The notes beneath the pieces were generated by a model. The model was not told the DNA's origin and did not search any database. It saw only the letters and a program-made list of their open reading frames with translations. A stretch of 64,000 nucleotides of DNA from Takakia lepidozioides (taxonomy: Eukaryota; Plantae; Bryophyta). This document shows positions 1 to 12,715 of the stretch, piece after piece. The stretch spans positions 3,968,001 to 4,032,000 of the forward strand of contig CM060732.1 of the NCBI GenBank assembly GCA_030704615.1, in the 5' to 3' direction. Made by a program: the position numbers and the translations under genes. Within the stretch, counting starts at the first letter, position 1, and the number at the start of each line of letters is the position of its first letter.

Positions 1-2
1 GT

Positions 3-178
3 GAAGTGGGAGCGGCAGCAGTAGCAACACACCTAACACACATGTACTGTGGTTGGGGGCCTCTACATACTCCAAGACTGGCAGGTAACCGAAGTGGGAG
101 CGGCAGCAGCAACAACACACCTAACACACATGTACTGTGGCTGGGGGCCTCTACATACTCCAAGACTGGCAGGTAACC
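3..178. repeat. Tandem duplication, 2 x 88 bp
   Basis: GAAGTGGGAGCGGCAGCAG...GGCAGGTAACC occurs at 3-90 and 91-178 with few mismatches; it may continue beyond the window edge. Confidence 0.9.
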
Positions 179-1320
179 TTTCTCCCTCTTGCTTCTTTAT
201 CTTGTTGGCGGATTTATGAGTCCCTGTGGATCAATAGCTACAAGAGACCAGCAGGGGTGGATGGTGCATGGGCACTCATAAAGGCACCTTCTTCTCACAT
301 CGATTGGTAGCAAGAGCAAGGAGCTGTCACGGCAAGGCAGCCTGAATGACACAAAGTGCTGTTGACTACTCATCTCAAGAGGTTTTCATGTTTGACAAGC
401 ACTATGAGTCCTTTGTGAAATCGGGCGAGGCTCCTTTAGCACCGTGAGTTGCTATGCTGCAGCAGTATGAACCAGCGCCTGCATCTGTTTCTGGCGACGG
501 ATGATCAGAGGGAGCCGGCAATGCTAAGCCTCTGCATTGGCTGACGGGTCATGACACAAAGTCAAGGACAATGTGGTGAGGGCACCTCTTCTTCAATCTA
601 TTTCAGCCTGGTTTGCCCTCTCATCAGACTCGTCCCTGATTTTGCATGTTGTATTGTGTAAGTTAGCTCGTTGGGTGGATCTATGGTGGTTTAGAGTGAT
701 TAGGGCCTGGTTGCCATCAACAATCAAGTGAGGAAGACCGTCAGTTCCACGCAACATTCGTGTCGAGGCATTTTTCTGCTCCCAAGTCCCCTGTACATCT
801 CCAAGTTGACGTTGCATTACGAAGGTGTCGGGGATATCTGCCAATCCACTGCTCTATGTAGAATGAGCTCCACATAAACCATGGCTGCTAAGGAATAGTT
901 GATTTGATGTTTGAATAAGTCATCACCCCACAATGACAAGCTCACCTCACGTGCCCTATGGCGGAAATGTTCGTCAATGCAGGAATGGTATTCCCCATAA
1001 AATTGCCCGCTCTATTGGCCACAGACGATTGATGTGATGCATTTTGACATATTGTTTGTATCGTGTCAAGGACCACTTGTCACCCACAAGAAAATGTGCC
1101 CACCTTTCCTCTGCCAAAATTACCCGGCTATGATATGCTTCCCAATTCACTTGGTGCCTTGCCCCTTTACGGTACCGCTTCTCGGATGGTCCGGCAAGCC
1201 CAGGATCTTCTGGTGGTTGACGCCGCCGGTCTTGACCTCCTCCAGACATTTTCTAGCACAAAAAATTCTACGCCACTACCAACCTTGCCTACAATGTATT
1301 TTTCGCAAACTTGTTAACTG

Positions 1321-1422
1321 TGTCAAGTTAAATAAACACAGTGTGAAACTAACTAGAATAAAACTAGTTATTTGTATTTAACACTTGGATTTAGTTCAAG
1401 TGTTAAGTCAGGTGTCAAGTTT
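1321..1422 (+). repeat. Terminal repeat A1 of copy 1
   Basis: Near-identical to 13207-13303 (5-bp indel, about one substitution). Contains short inverted repeats. Confidence 0.9.
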
Positions 1423-1987
1423 GAGCTTGACACCTGTACCATCTTATCTTCACGAGCGTCAGTCGCGCAGCGCATCTCTCTCGTTGAGCCTGCGCGACCG
1501 AGCTCCTTCAGTCGTTTAGAACTGAGTGTGCTTATGATGGGAGGATAGGTTTGTTGTGGGGTGGAGTCCCCCATAGCTTGGGGTGCCCCTGGCTCGACTA
1601 TTATCTGAAAGAGTGATGACGAGATGGATTTCATGTTTCTTGTGTTAAGAGTGTGTCCTTTAGCTTTTATCTCACTCGAGAGAGATGAGCTTGTTTCTAT
1701 GAGTGCCAGAGGTGAGTTTAGTTTTAGCACTTGTGGTTTTTGTTTTGAAAGTGAGAGAAGTGATTATCTGTGTTCAGGTAATTTTTAGTTAAAAAGATGT
1801 AACTTTGGCCACTGGAGCGATGGTTGAAAAGCGCGGTGAAGCCTTCTACTGTCTATCAGCGTTGTCATCATGGTTGCCATCATAAGGCTGACGGTGTGAC
1901 AATGGCGGCGCCTTCCAGTGCCTAGGTTGAACGTATATGCCCGGAGCATACTGGTCACCGCCAACCTGTGCATTACGTGCCACCGCC

Positions 1988-2215
1988 GGTGCGGAAGCCG
2001 ATGACGAAAGAATATCCTTCTTGGTGAAGGAGTTGGATGGTAAAGATATTACGGAGGTGATTGCTTCCGGCAGGGAAAAGTTTGCATCTGTGCCATCGGG
2101 CGGAGGCAGCGGCGGCGGTGTTGTGGTGGCTTCCGCTGGTGGAGGTGGAGGTGTTGTTGCTGCACCTGCCGGAGAAAAGGAGGAAGCCAAGGAGGAGTCT
2201 GATGATGCCATGGGT
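1988..2215 (+). pseudogene. Captured fragment of 60S acidic ribosomal protein P2 (intronless, N-terminus and FSLFD tail missing)
   Basis: [40 protein letters not shown]...[14 protein letters not shown] matches the plant P2 pattern ([31 protein letters not shown]). Lies inside the retroelement leader. Confidence 0.85.
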
Positions 2216-5200
2216 ACGGCCTGGACGTGGTCATTGAAACGCGGGCTCCATTGCACACAGTCTGCATTTTCTGGCCCTGGAGAGCCGACATCCTCAACTG
2301 CCCATTCTTTTCCCTGATGCTGGATGATGTGACCGCCGGAGCTGCCACTGCTACAGCCGCTGCTGAAGTCGCTGCTAGAGCCGCCATTGTGGCTTGACAG
2401 GATGCAAAGGTGGCGGATGTGAGTTCATCATCTAGTGGAGACGTGGTAGCAAAGAAGACAAAGAAAAGAAACGGAGAGATGAAGCAGAACTTCAGATCTG
2501 CAGATGTTTAGATCTTCACCGAACCGCAACATAGATAGATGAACTTGCTGCGGTTCAACCATGTTGACTAAGATCACTCCTTGAGCGGCCACCACGGCCA
2601 GCAAAAATGGCAACATATGTCACGGACTGTTTTCAGTTGCACGTTTCGGTGGTGGTCAGCAGTGCACAAAAATAAAATATAGTCATTGCGGCTGGTGCTA
2701 TAAGGCAGACCAAGATGTATATGGTGCACAGAGGTTGATGAATGAGGCCTAAGACAACAATCCGGGCCTGAAGTTTAAAGACCCCGAAACCTGTGATTAC
2801 ACCTGCGGGGACTTACTACTATTCGTCCTAGCATTGAACGTTGTGGAACTGGTCAGCCAATCCACATCCGAGTCACTGGTGGTTACTAGCAATGGTGGGA
2901 AGCTGGTGTGCGACTATAGCCAGCCACTATGAAGGAGTAGTTTGTGGGCTGGTTGATGTGAGGTTGTCTAGCTGCACATTGCGAGGAAGCAAGCAAATGG
3001 ATGGACAGGGTCAGGCTAGATTTTCTAGCAAGTGCGTAAGCTGCTGTCCAACAAGGAAAGCTGATCAGCAGTAGAAGCATGAGATGCGACGTGTGTGACT
3101 TGAGATAGATGTGCACAGGGAAGGACCAGCCGCGTAGCTTGCTTTGCGATCAGGTCTTGCATCAGGTCTAGGCGACAGTGGCGGCATTAATGTTTGTGAG
3201 ACGGGTGATCTCTTATATTAACATTGCGGCCTAGTGAAGGAAGACCAGATGAGGCTCTACATACATGACCAGCGGTGCTTTGATCCGGAGTTGCAGTTAG
3301 AAATTGTGAGACAAAAAAAAAAAAAAACATTGTAGTACATTTGGCATTTCGGCCACCAGCAGGTGCAGGTCCAATTATATCACTTGGTCCTTGAAGTGGT
3401 ACACCAGGCCGAGCTTCTCCCTTTTTTTTTTGCGTTCAGTTGGAAGTCCGCTATCAGTTCTCAAGATGGGGCAGCTTCAATCCCACCTTGGTTCTGTGCA
3501 TGTCCCTGGTCATGGGGACGTAATAATCACCCTAAGCTAGTTTAGAGTGGTGTTTGAGGTCCTGGAGAGCTTGAGCGTTTACAGCACCAGCGTATACTGT
3601 AACCCTCTCGGCTATGGCGATCTTCAGGCTGCTCTTGGGGTATATGCCAATGGTCGATGAAGGTATTAGCACCACCTTGGAAATCACAAATTGAACGTGA
3701 TGGTCTTATTGTTGGGGTTGATATGTATTTGCCCAGTACATGAATGGTTGCGGAAAGCCATCCTGGTTGTGGTCACTCTGACAGGGCAGTAGACATGGGC
3801 TCTCATATAACAACAATGAGATGGCATTGATAGCAGCAGCTTCAACAAGGTGTTCTCGTTCTGAAAATCTGGCATACCAATGAGGACATTACCTTTATCA
3901 TGGTAATTCCACTGTGGAGAGATTGAGTTAAGAATCCAAGGAATTCTTAGGGAACCAGGGAACAGGGAACCAAGACAAGTATTGACAAAAAAAAGGGGGG
4001 GGAGTTTTCCTTGTATTTGTTTTGTCTTGTTAAAAAAAAAAAAAAAAAAAGGTGTTATGCTTAAAGAGCCTGGGTGGTCATATCTTTGTCAAATGAGCTC
4101 CGTTTGACTCAGTTTTTGAGGGGATAGCTGCAGAAAGGGGAAATCTACCTATCCAAACCTGGACTCTGCTAAAAATCTATAGAATTTTTAGAGTGTGAGT
4201 GTGCCATGAAAGATCCACAATTCTGTTTCTAGAACCTGTTCTGGTCTATATGAGAGAGAAATTTGTGGATGTCCTCCTTGTATGGTTGGGGGAAATGAGG
4301 ACGTAATTGAAGGGCAGGTCTCGTCTCTTAGCCTGTGCACACAAGGGGACAAGATTTATGTTTCCCAAGGAACTCAGACTGATTTGAGTGGAGAACAGTT
4401 GGACGAGTTGATTGCATACTGGGAGACAGGCATTAGCAGTAGACAACAAACTGCTGTAGTTGGCATTGAGGGCCTCAATATTGCTTTGGACAGTCAGAAC
4501 TCTGTTGGAGCCAGCAGTTCTGCAGCTGTAGGTGAAATACCAAAGTGGGTGAAAACTAGGCTTGGAACACAGCCAAAGATAGCCCCGGGGACCAAGGTGT
4601 TCAGCCACAAGGCCGTGGTGTACTGGAGTAGAGGAGCAGGAACTACACAAGTTTGTGCAATCAGATAGCGTTGCAGCCGGACACGCTCTGCACAAGGCAA
4701 CCACGAGCGGGGGTTCATTAGCAAGGACAAGTTTGTTCTGTTTGAAGGAGATGCAGTCATTCGCAATGAGGACACTCGCAACCGTCTCAAAGCTTTCGAG
4801 TTGAGAGACTATCAGACCCTACCTTTGTTTTCTTTAGTGTTTAGCGGGAGATAGCAAGTGTTGCTTGTCTCTACCTGGCAGAAAGAGGATGAGGGTTGGT
4901 TAGAGCGAGCTACTGTAGCTTGGGACAAGATTAGTGTGGCAGGTTTCTGGACATAGATATACCTCCTACACCTTACTATCATGCAGAGCGAGGTACTTTG
5001 AGAGAAGTCTGGCAGTTGATAGCATAGATCAGGATTAGATCTTGCTGGGTCGGGCTTCTACTCTTCCCCTCCATCTCTGTACTATTTTCATTACCTTATA
5101 CTTGTAGTTGTCAAAGCCTCTTTTGGTGGAGGCCAGTCAGTCCGGGGTTTTGGGCTGGGATATTCTGCAGGTCAGCACTGCAGATGGATTTTGGTGTGGG

Positions 5201-8200
5201 GGTGTTGATGTTTTGATTTCTTGTGTTTGGATCCCCCAACACCTGCATGCTTGACTGTGCGCCATGTTGTTTTGTGTGGGCGCTTGCTTTCATAGGGATT
5301 AGGCCGGATTTGATCACCGGTCAATCCTAGAGTATGCTGTCGTGGTGAGGCTGGAGTGATGACCAGCAAACCACCAGTGTTTCTTCTATGGTGAGGCTGG
5401 GTTGATGACCAGCCAACCATAGGAGTTCTTGCGGTGGATGCAGGTGCAGGTGCCCTGAGCCACTGGGATATGACCTTAAACTGCAACAGGTGCCCACCCG
5501 TGTCACACTATAGAATTAGTACTAGAGCATTATAGTGTCACGTGGGGGAGGTGCACATTGTGAGTGTCATCACGGAGTTACCCAGGGTTCTGAGGGAGTA
5601 CGGCTACAGGCAGTAGCGGTGAGAGTGGTTCACTAGACGAGGTGTTCGTTCAGACCACCTTCACTCCACCCTCAACTAGTGCAGAGTCAGACAGACACTC
5701 GGAGGCTTCATCAACAGGTGTGCAGTTTCATTCGCCATTGTTGTGGGACGACATGGAGGAGATGTATGGAGCTACCAAGGGGCCTCGTAGGTACTCTAGA
5801 GCTGTGGGCACAATCGAGTTGGATGACTTTATCTAGGAGTTCGACAGCTGGTGTGATTTGCAGCAGATGCGCAATCCACATATATTCACCCCATTCATGG
5901 CGTTGAAAGGACTGTTCCAGCATTTGGAAGGCCCGTCTATGGACGATTACCACGAGTTCAGGCGAGGACATGAAGTAGAGATTGAGGAGTAGAGGATGTA
6001 TTGGTCACCTGACTATGTCTCCATTACTCGAACACGCGACCAGTAGCTGCATCAGTACCAATATCTCCACTGTCCCACTAGTAGTGGAACAAGTAGTGCG
6101 GTACTTCTACAGGTGGGGTAAAAAGGTGCTACTACTCCTCCTGCCACGACTACAACACATGTGCCTAGATTCAACCCGGTGGTGGAGTTCTTTCAGGAGT
6201 TGCGGAGGAACTACCAAGGTGTACGGACAGAGAAGCTGCGAAGTTTGCAAGACTTCCAACGCAAACCCAATGAGAGCTTGCGAGAGGCCTACACTCGTAT
6301 GAGGCGCTTGATAAGTGTGACCCAAGGGGTTACTGAAGCTCAGGCAATCCAGTTCTGGTATGGAATTTTGGACACGGAGCTCAGGAGAAGGGTGCGGGAT
6401 GCAACCCTGTTACAAGCAGCCCAACCCACATTAGCAGATGTGTTTCTGCTGGCTGAGCGGATTGAGCTCAACATGGTGGAGGAGCGAGTTGTTACCATTG
6501 ATTTGGCAAAGACCCTGCAAGGCGCAGCTGCCAGCCCCACAGGCACAGGGACTGCCCACCAACATGGTCAGGGGGGCAAGGTTTCCCAACCCAAGTTCCA
6601 TGGAGCTTACAGGGGACCTCACGTGCAGAGGCCCGTGGCATCTTTTGCAGGCCAACAACAACCAGGGGTGATATGTTGGACATGTGGAGGACCCCATGTC
6701 AAGAGAGATTGCCCAGAGAGTGGTAGAAGGCCGGCACAAGCACAGCCTGCACAGTTGCAGTGTGGGCATTGTGGCATGGGCATGGAGATGCCCAGTGTTA
6801 TGACTTGCATCCTGAGTTGCGCCTAGGCCAGTTCCAAGGGAACAATGGTGGCCGGGGGCGAGGTGGACTAGCCCAGAGAGGACGAGGTGGTCGAGCACGA
6901 GGTGCAGGCCGAGGGCAAGCTCAACATGGCCAAGGACGCGGAGATCAGGGTGTTGACCAAGGCATGGTCAACCGGCTTCAGCAGCTAGAGCAGAGGCTCG
7001 CTGCCATGGCTACAGCTCAGGTGGTACCGGCTCCCAGGAAGGATGGTCCACCTCCTGCTCCTGAGGGAGGAGATATGGGAGACATGGGATTCATGTGTGG
7101 AGCAGCACTATCACTAGAGCAGGTGGAGTCTGCTGCAGCCGTGACTCGAGGAGCAGCATGAGTTCCTGAGCCACGAGGTGCAGAGGTGGAATTGGATCCA
7201 CAGCGTGGGGAGGCAAGCCATCAGGCGAGGCTTCCTCAGTCATTCACATTGGCGGAGACTGTGTCGATGCCATCCATGGCACCTAGTTCTCGCTCGACTG
7301 TTACCGAGGCGGAGGTTACTATGCCATTGGGGAGAGCTACACGTGCAGCACTGACACCTGCTACCAAGGCTAGTGCAGCCGGTGTGTTATTGGGGCAGCC
7401 ACCTCTGTGTGTCAAGCCCCACTGTTCTCGGCAACCATGATTGCGACGCCGGGGGTAAGACCAGCTGCAGTGTTAGACTAGCAGCAACACTCTGTGAGAG
7501 TGGGGAGGTCACTTCATCTTCTGCGGAGTTAGTGGAAGGTGTAGTGGCAGAGGGATCCTTGGAGTTGAGGGTCAAGACTGCCACGGCTACGCCATGGCAA
7601 GCTGCAGCGGCCAGGTTGACGGAGCTGCCCGCTAGGCCAGCCTTTGAGCGCGCCATGGTGACACCTGGAGTTGTCTTGTTAGACAACCATGAGGGCATTT
7701 TCTCATTGAGTGGACCGGCAGGCAAGAAGTACCGGGCCACTTCGGGTCTTGTTGGACTCAGGAGCTCAGCCACTGATGTTGGGCAGAGCTGCTATTGCAG
7801 GTTTGGGCCTCATGGAGGCGGATATGGAGCCTTGTCCTTTCCAGATACGACATCTCTGGGAGGATCAGAGCAGGCTCGGGGCATGACACGGCGTGAGTTG
7901 GCCATTGGACTACAGCCGGATCACCCTACAGATGGCTCAGTGATGCGAGCCAAGGCCATTGTGACAGACGCGGTCTCGTACGATGTCCTGGTTGGTGGGG
8001 CAGTGTTGTACCCCATGGGCTTCACCCTGGATTTTTGGGAGGAGTCAGCTTCCTATAGGCCTGGATGGCAGTCAGGGGAGGGTCGTCGTGTACAGCTCCC
8101 TGTGACATTCATTGGAGGTATTGCGGCTGCCAACGGGCAGGATGCCAACACTAGCCGCCTTTACAGCTGCAGTTAGTTGGCGTGGAGAGTTGCTGGAAGG

Positions 8201-8464
8201 CAATGCCCATGCAGAGGATGTGCCACCTTCAGCAGAGTAGGATGACATGCATGGTACGGCGGAGTTGCCTGCCATGGTTGCTCACACTCCATTATGGGGT
8301 ACGAGCAAGGATTTGCAGCAGGTTGCTGATGGACGGGTGCAACAAGCCTGGGTAGAGCCTTCGTACCGTTAGGAGAAGAGGAGAGTGCGGTGATTGCACA
8401 GGACCACCTCAGTTGTCGCCATTGGATACCACACCTCTTGTGTGGCAGTGCCCCGGATGAAGAC

Positions 8465-9420
8465 ATATGCCTTCTGGACTTGTTTGGCGGGATCAGCACT
8501 GGATTGGCTGCAGTACTGTAGGCAGGTGTACGAGTTCAACGTTACCTGTATGTGGAGAGGGATGAGACTGCACGACGCATCTCACTGTGCCATGTTGCTC
8601 AGTTGGTACAGCAGTACTACCCTGATTTTGTTGCCAGTGTCTGCTGCAGTTCGTGGATACAACAAGCCTTGTCAGCAGACATTTCGTTGCTGGGGGCGCA
8701 GGATTTGGAGCAGGTTGGCTCCATTGATCTGGTAGTGGCAGGTTGGCCCTGCCAAGGGCATTCATCAGCCGGGCATGACAATGGATTGCGAGACTCGAGG
8801 ACGGGTCTATTTTGGAGATGGTGCGGGTTTTGCGCCACTTGCAGCTTCATCAAGCTGTATCTCCAGCATACATCTTGGAGAATGTGCCACTGATGGGTGA
8901 TTCTCGGGCCAGGGTGATGGCCAGTGTGCATCAAGTCCGGTCGTGGCTTGTGTCAGCAGTGTTGCTGGATGCAGCTGCAATGGGATCACGGGCTCATCGT
9001 CCACGGCTATGTGGAACTGATGCCACCACACTGCTCAAGCGTGCATTTGATGGGGTGCAGCGGCCAACACACCTCATATTGGACAGCATTTTGGACACAG
9101 GGAGGCAATCTCAACGTGTGAGACACGATGACCGTTCGCCTTTGGTAGTGGTCAACAGGGTGGGTCAACCACGAGCAGCATTACCTACACTGCTCAGCTT
9201 CCCAGGATCCCATGCTTTTCGGGATGGTGGACCTGGCCTCCTGTGGGATGCTTAGTTGCAGCAGTTAGTGGAGCCTAATGCCGATGAGCAAGAGCGGGCT
9301 ATGGGGTTTTCCACTGGGATCACGGCGGTGCCTCCTCTTTCTGAGGCATCACGTTGTCAGGTGTTGGGGCAAGCAATGGATCTCAATTGCTTGACCTGGA
9401 TTATCAGCTTGGCTATGACT
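8465..9420 (+). pseudogene. DNMT3-like C5-cytosine methyltransferase domain within pol, copy 1
   Basis: Motif I LDLFGGISTG (8474); motif II YLYVERD; motif IV DLVVAGWPCQ (PC at ~8747); motif VI ILENVP (~8872); motif VIII AHRPRL; C-terminal EQERAMGF and RCQVLGQAMD, comparable to DNMT3 ERVFGF and RQRLLGRSW. Confidence 0.9.
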
Positions 9421-12400
9421 GAGCAACGTAGTGGTGCGGAGTGCACTTCCCTTGACGGTCTCTCTGCCTACCAAGACGGTACAGGCAGCGAGTGGGGGCG
9501 AGCCGGTGATGACCACAGGGTGTAGACATCCATGGCACACGTGGGAGGTGCTCGAGGTTCAGAGGGAGTTGGCAGCCAAAGCAGTTGTGATGGATGAGGT
9601 TGGGGATTCTTCTCGGGTTGATGAGGTCCTCAAGGATGAGATGATGGGGCAGGATGAGACCTTGTCATTGACTGAGCAGGCAGGGAGTACTGCTCAAGAG
9701 GTTGCGGCATAGCAACCACGGGACGTGTCCTCTACCTCTAAGCCCATTGGACTTAAGGTTGCAGGTACGGAGGACAATTGGGAGCCTGACATTAGACCCA
9801 TTGTCACCGGAGGAGAGAGACGACGTATATGGTGGTTCCTGAGGGCTTACAGGAATTGCTTTGCCTTCAGTTTGAAGGACTTAGGAGCACTGAAGGGTCA
9901 AGAGATTCGCATTGAATTGGCTACTGACACGCCAATCTTTCGGAGACCCTATAGATATAGTGACATGGAGAGGTCCTTGATTCAGATGAGAACTCAGGAC
10001 CTTTGGGAGGCTGGTTTGGTGGAGCTATCTGGGGGAGAGTATGCTTCAGCCACAGTGATGCCAGCTAAGAAGGATGTCTATGGCAATTGGACGGAGAGAC
10101 GTATGTGCGGTGATTACCGGCCTGTAAATCGTTAAAGAACCAAGTCCGATAGGTATGCTTATGCCGACACAGAGGAGATCTTTGTGCCATTTTGGGCACC
10201 AGGTCTACTTAGCGCCATTTAGCACGTTGGATTTACGATCCGGCATATCACCAATTTGCCGATCAAGGAGGCGGTAAGCAAAGACGGCATTCTGGGGGAT
10301 CATGAGCACGGGAAGGATTTCTGTACCATGGCTGTTCTTACCATTGTGCTTAAGAACGCTCCGACAGAATTTCAGAAAGTCTGGACAGGATTCTAGCAGG
10401 GGTGGAGTTTGCTCGGTGCTACATAGATACATCATCATTTTTTAGTGCTACGGTGGAAGAGCATGAGAGACACCTTCAGGGGTATTTTAGCGCTTGAGGG
10501 CGCACGGATTAAGTTTCACATCCGGAAAGTGCAAAAGTTTTTCCACAACCAGATTGAGTATCTGGGTCACATGACATATCCTGGAGGATTGGGGGTACAT
10601 CAGACTAAGTAGAGTCCATTCACAGGTTCCACGCCCCACGGATGTGAGCCGAGTTTCGAGCTTTCATGGGGTTAGCAAACTATTATAGACGATTTGTTAA
10701 GGGATTTAGTGCCATTGCAAATGCTCTAACCAAGCTGACCAAGGTGGACGGAGTGGCAGTGGGAAGATGAGCAAGAACAAGCTTTTCAAGAGCTCAAGGC
10801 GAGGTTGATCTCGGCGCCCATCTTGAACACCTATCAGGGGGCGTCCTTTTCAGCTTCATACATATTGGAGCATGCTATATCTTTGAGCGGTGCTCACACA
10901 GTGTATGATGAGGGAAGAGTTTCTTGTGGCTATGCTAGCCGCTCGAACAACGTTGCCAGAGTCTAAGTATACCTCATATGAGGGAGAATGCTTAGCTGCA
11001 GTGTGGGCCCGTGGCACACTTCAGGTGCTATCTATACGGAAATCTCTTCACTCTTGTCACGGATCCCCAAACCACTCAAGTGGTTGATGGAGTCAGACAA
11101 GCTTACGGGGAAGCTTGCACGGTAGGACTCATCCTTCAAGAGTATGACTTTCAGGTGGTGCATCGACCGGGTTTGTCAATCGCAATGCATATGGGTTGAG
11201 TCGCAATCCATACACGAGCCCAAGCATATGACACTGGAGCTCGGTGGGCATGGTGAGACGGACGAGGAGATGGTGCCCGGATGGCATGCATCTGCATTTC
11301 TGTGTATCTTGGCAGTGGAAGCCAGGTTGGACCTGCAACAGGGATGACTGTAGATAGAGTTGTCTGAGGACCCTGAGGCCAGCAATGAGCAAGGTGGCGC
11401 CAAAGATATACATGAGGATTCAGTTGTGTTGGACTACCCTCCTCACTGGAGACACTGTAGCCACTGTGACTGCCAAGGAGAGGGAATCGGATCCTACAAC
11501 AAGCCAAGAGTTTCAAGTGTGAGGGACACACCTACTCCGAGTGTGGGAGGATGGTCGAGTGAGGATTGTGCCTCACCCAACACAGCGGGCACGGTTTAGT
11601 GCGGCATGCCCATGAGGAGTTGGGGCATTTTTGGGTGCGACGCACTCATAGTCTACTGCAGCAGGGCAGTATTGGTGGCGTGGTATGCACACAGAGGTGC
11701 AACAATTTTTGGCTAGGTGCATGTGTGTGACAGGGTGCGTACTTCATTCAACGCCCCTACTCCACAATTGCACCCTCTTCCGATCATGGGATTGGGCTAC
11801 AGGTGGAGTCTTGACTTTGCAGGGCCGTTGCCACTGACCATGCGCCACAACAAAAATACGTGGGTGTTGGTGATGGAGCACTCTTCTCCAAGTGGATTGA
11901 GTTGGTTCCATTGCTTGATAAGGCTAGTGAGGGAACTGCCTATGCATTCTTGGATTGTGTGCTTAGCCGATTTCGGTGCTCCAGCTTGAGGTACTCACGG
12001 ACCAAGGGAGAGAGTTCTTGGGGGAGTTTCAGGCTTTGTGTGAGGCCTTGATAGACCACCGCACCACTTTCTCAGGATCATCCTGAGGGCCGATGGCTTG
12101 GCAGAGAGAGTTGTTCAGACAGTAAAGAGGGGTTTGCGCAAGTATGGCTTGCAGAAAAGACACCTAGGAGATTGGGACCTTCAGTTACCCTGGTTAGCCA
12201 TGGGCTACAGATTCAGCAAGCAATCATCACTTGCCTCCTTCTCACCATACTTTCTTCTCTTTGGCCGAGAGCCGGATTTGCCTACATCCATTCGCAGGGA
12301 AGCTGCTACAGTTCTTAACCTTGACGATCCGGACGTGTGGGTACGTGCATGTGAGCAGCGTGCAGAGTTGTTCAAGAAAGTCATGCCCATGGCTCTTGAG

Positions 12401-12715
12401 AACCTTGCCATTGCACAACACCGTGATACGTTGAGGTATGCTACCATACGTGGTGGGGGCTATCGTCCTGGGGTTCGGAGATTCAACCCTGGTGACTATG
12501 TCTATCTGCAGCAGACTGCTCCTACGACCTTGGATGTGACTGCTGGACGTGTTATTTTGAGGGTTCGAGAGGTCTTGCCCTCAGGCGTCTTGGTCTTGGA
12601 GGGTCGGGATGGCATAACTTGGAAGGACCATGTGCGTAATTGTGCGCCATGTCACCTTCCGAATGTCGATGGTAGGATTGACCCAAACCTGGCAATGGTA
12701 TCTGCAAGTTTGAGG

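Noticed and set aside
593-1249. Two minus-strand ORF fragments as a gene
   Set aside because: No recognisable motif; cannot be supported without a search.
1310-1320. Insertion site of copy 1 inside a quasi-palindrome (CTTGTTAAC...GTTAACAAG) as target specificity
   Set aside because: Single AT-rich example; the target of copy 2 shows no such symmetry.
1937-2317. Functional ribosomal protein P2 gene
   Set aside because: Lacks the conserved N-terminus and FSLFD C-terminus and lies inside a transposon.
8465-9420. Host DNMT3/DRM gene or bacterial restriction-modification contamination
   Set aside because: Intronless and at the same pol position in three retroelement copies, on a contig with an intron-containing plant GDH.
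10130-12100. Programmed frameshifts in pol of copy 1
   Set aside because: Indels are numerous and not shared with copy 3, which fits decay or local consensus error.
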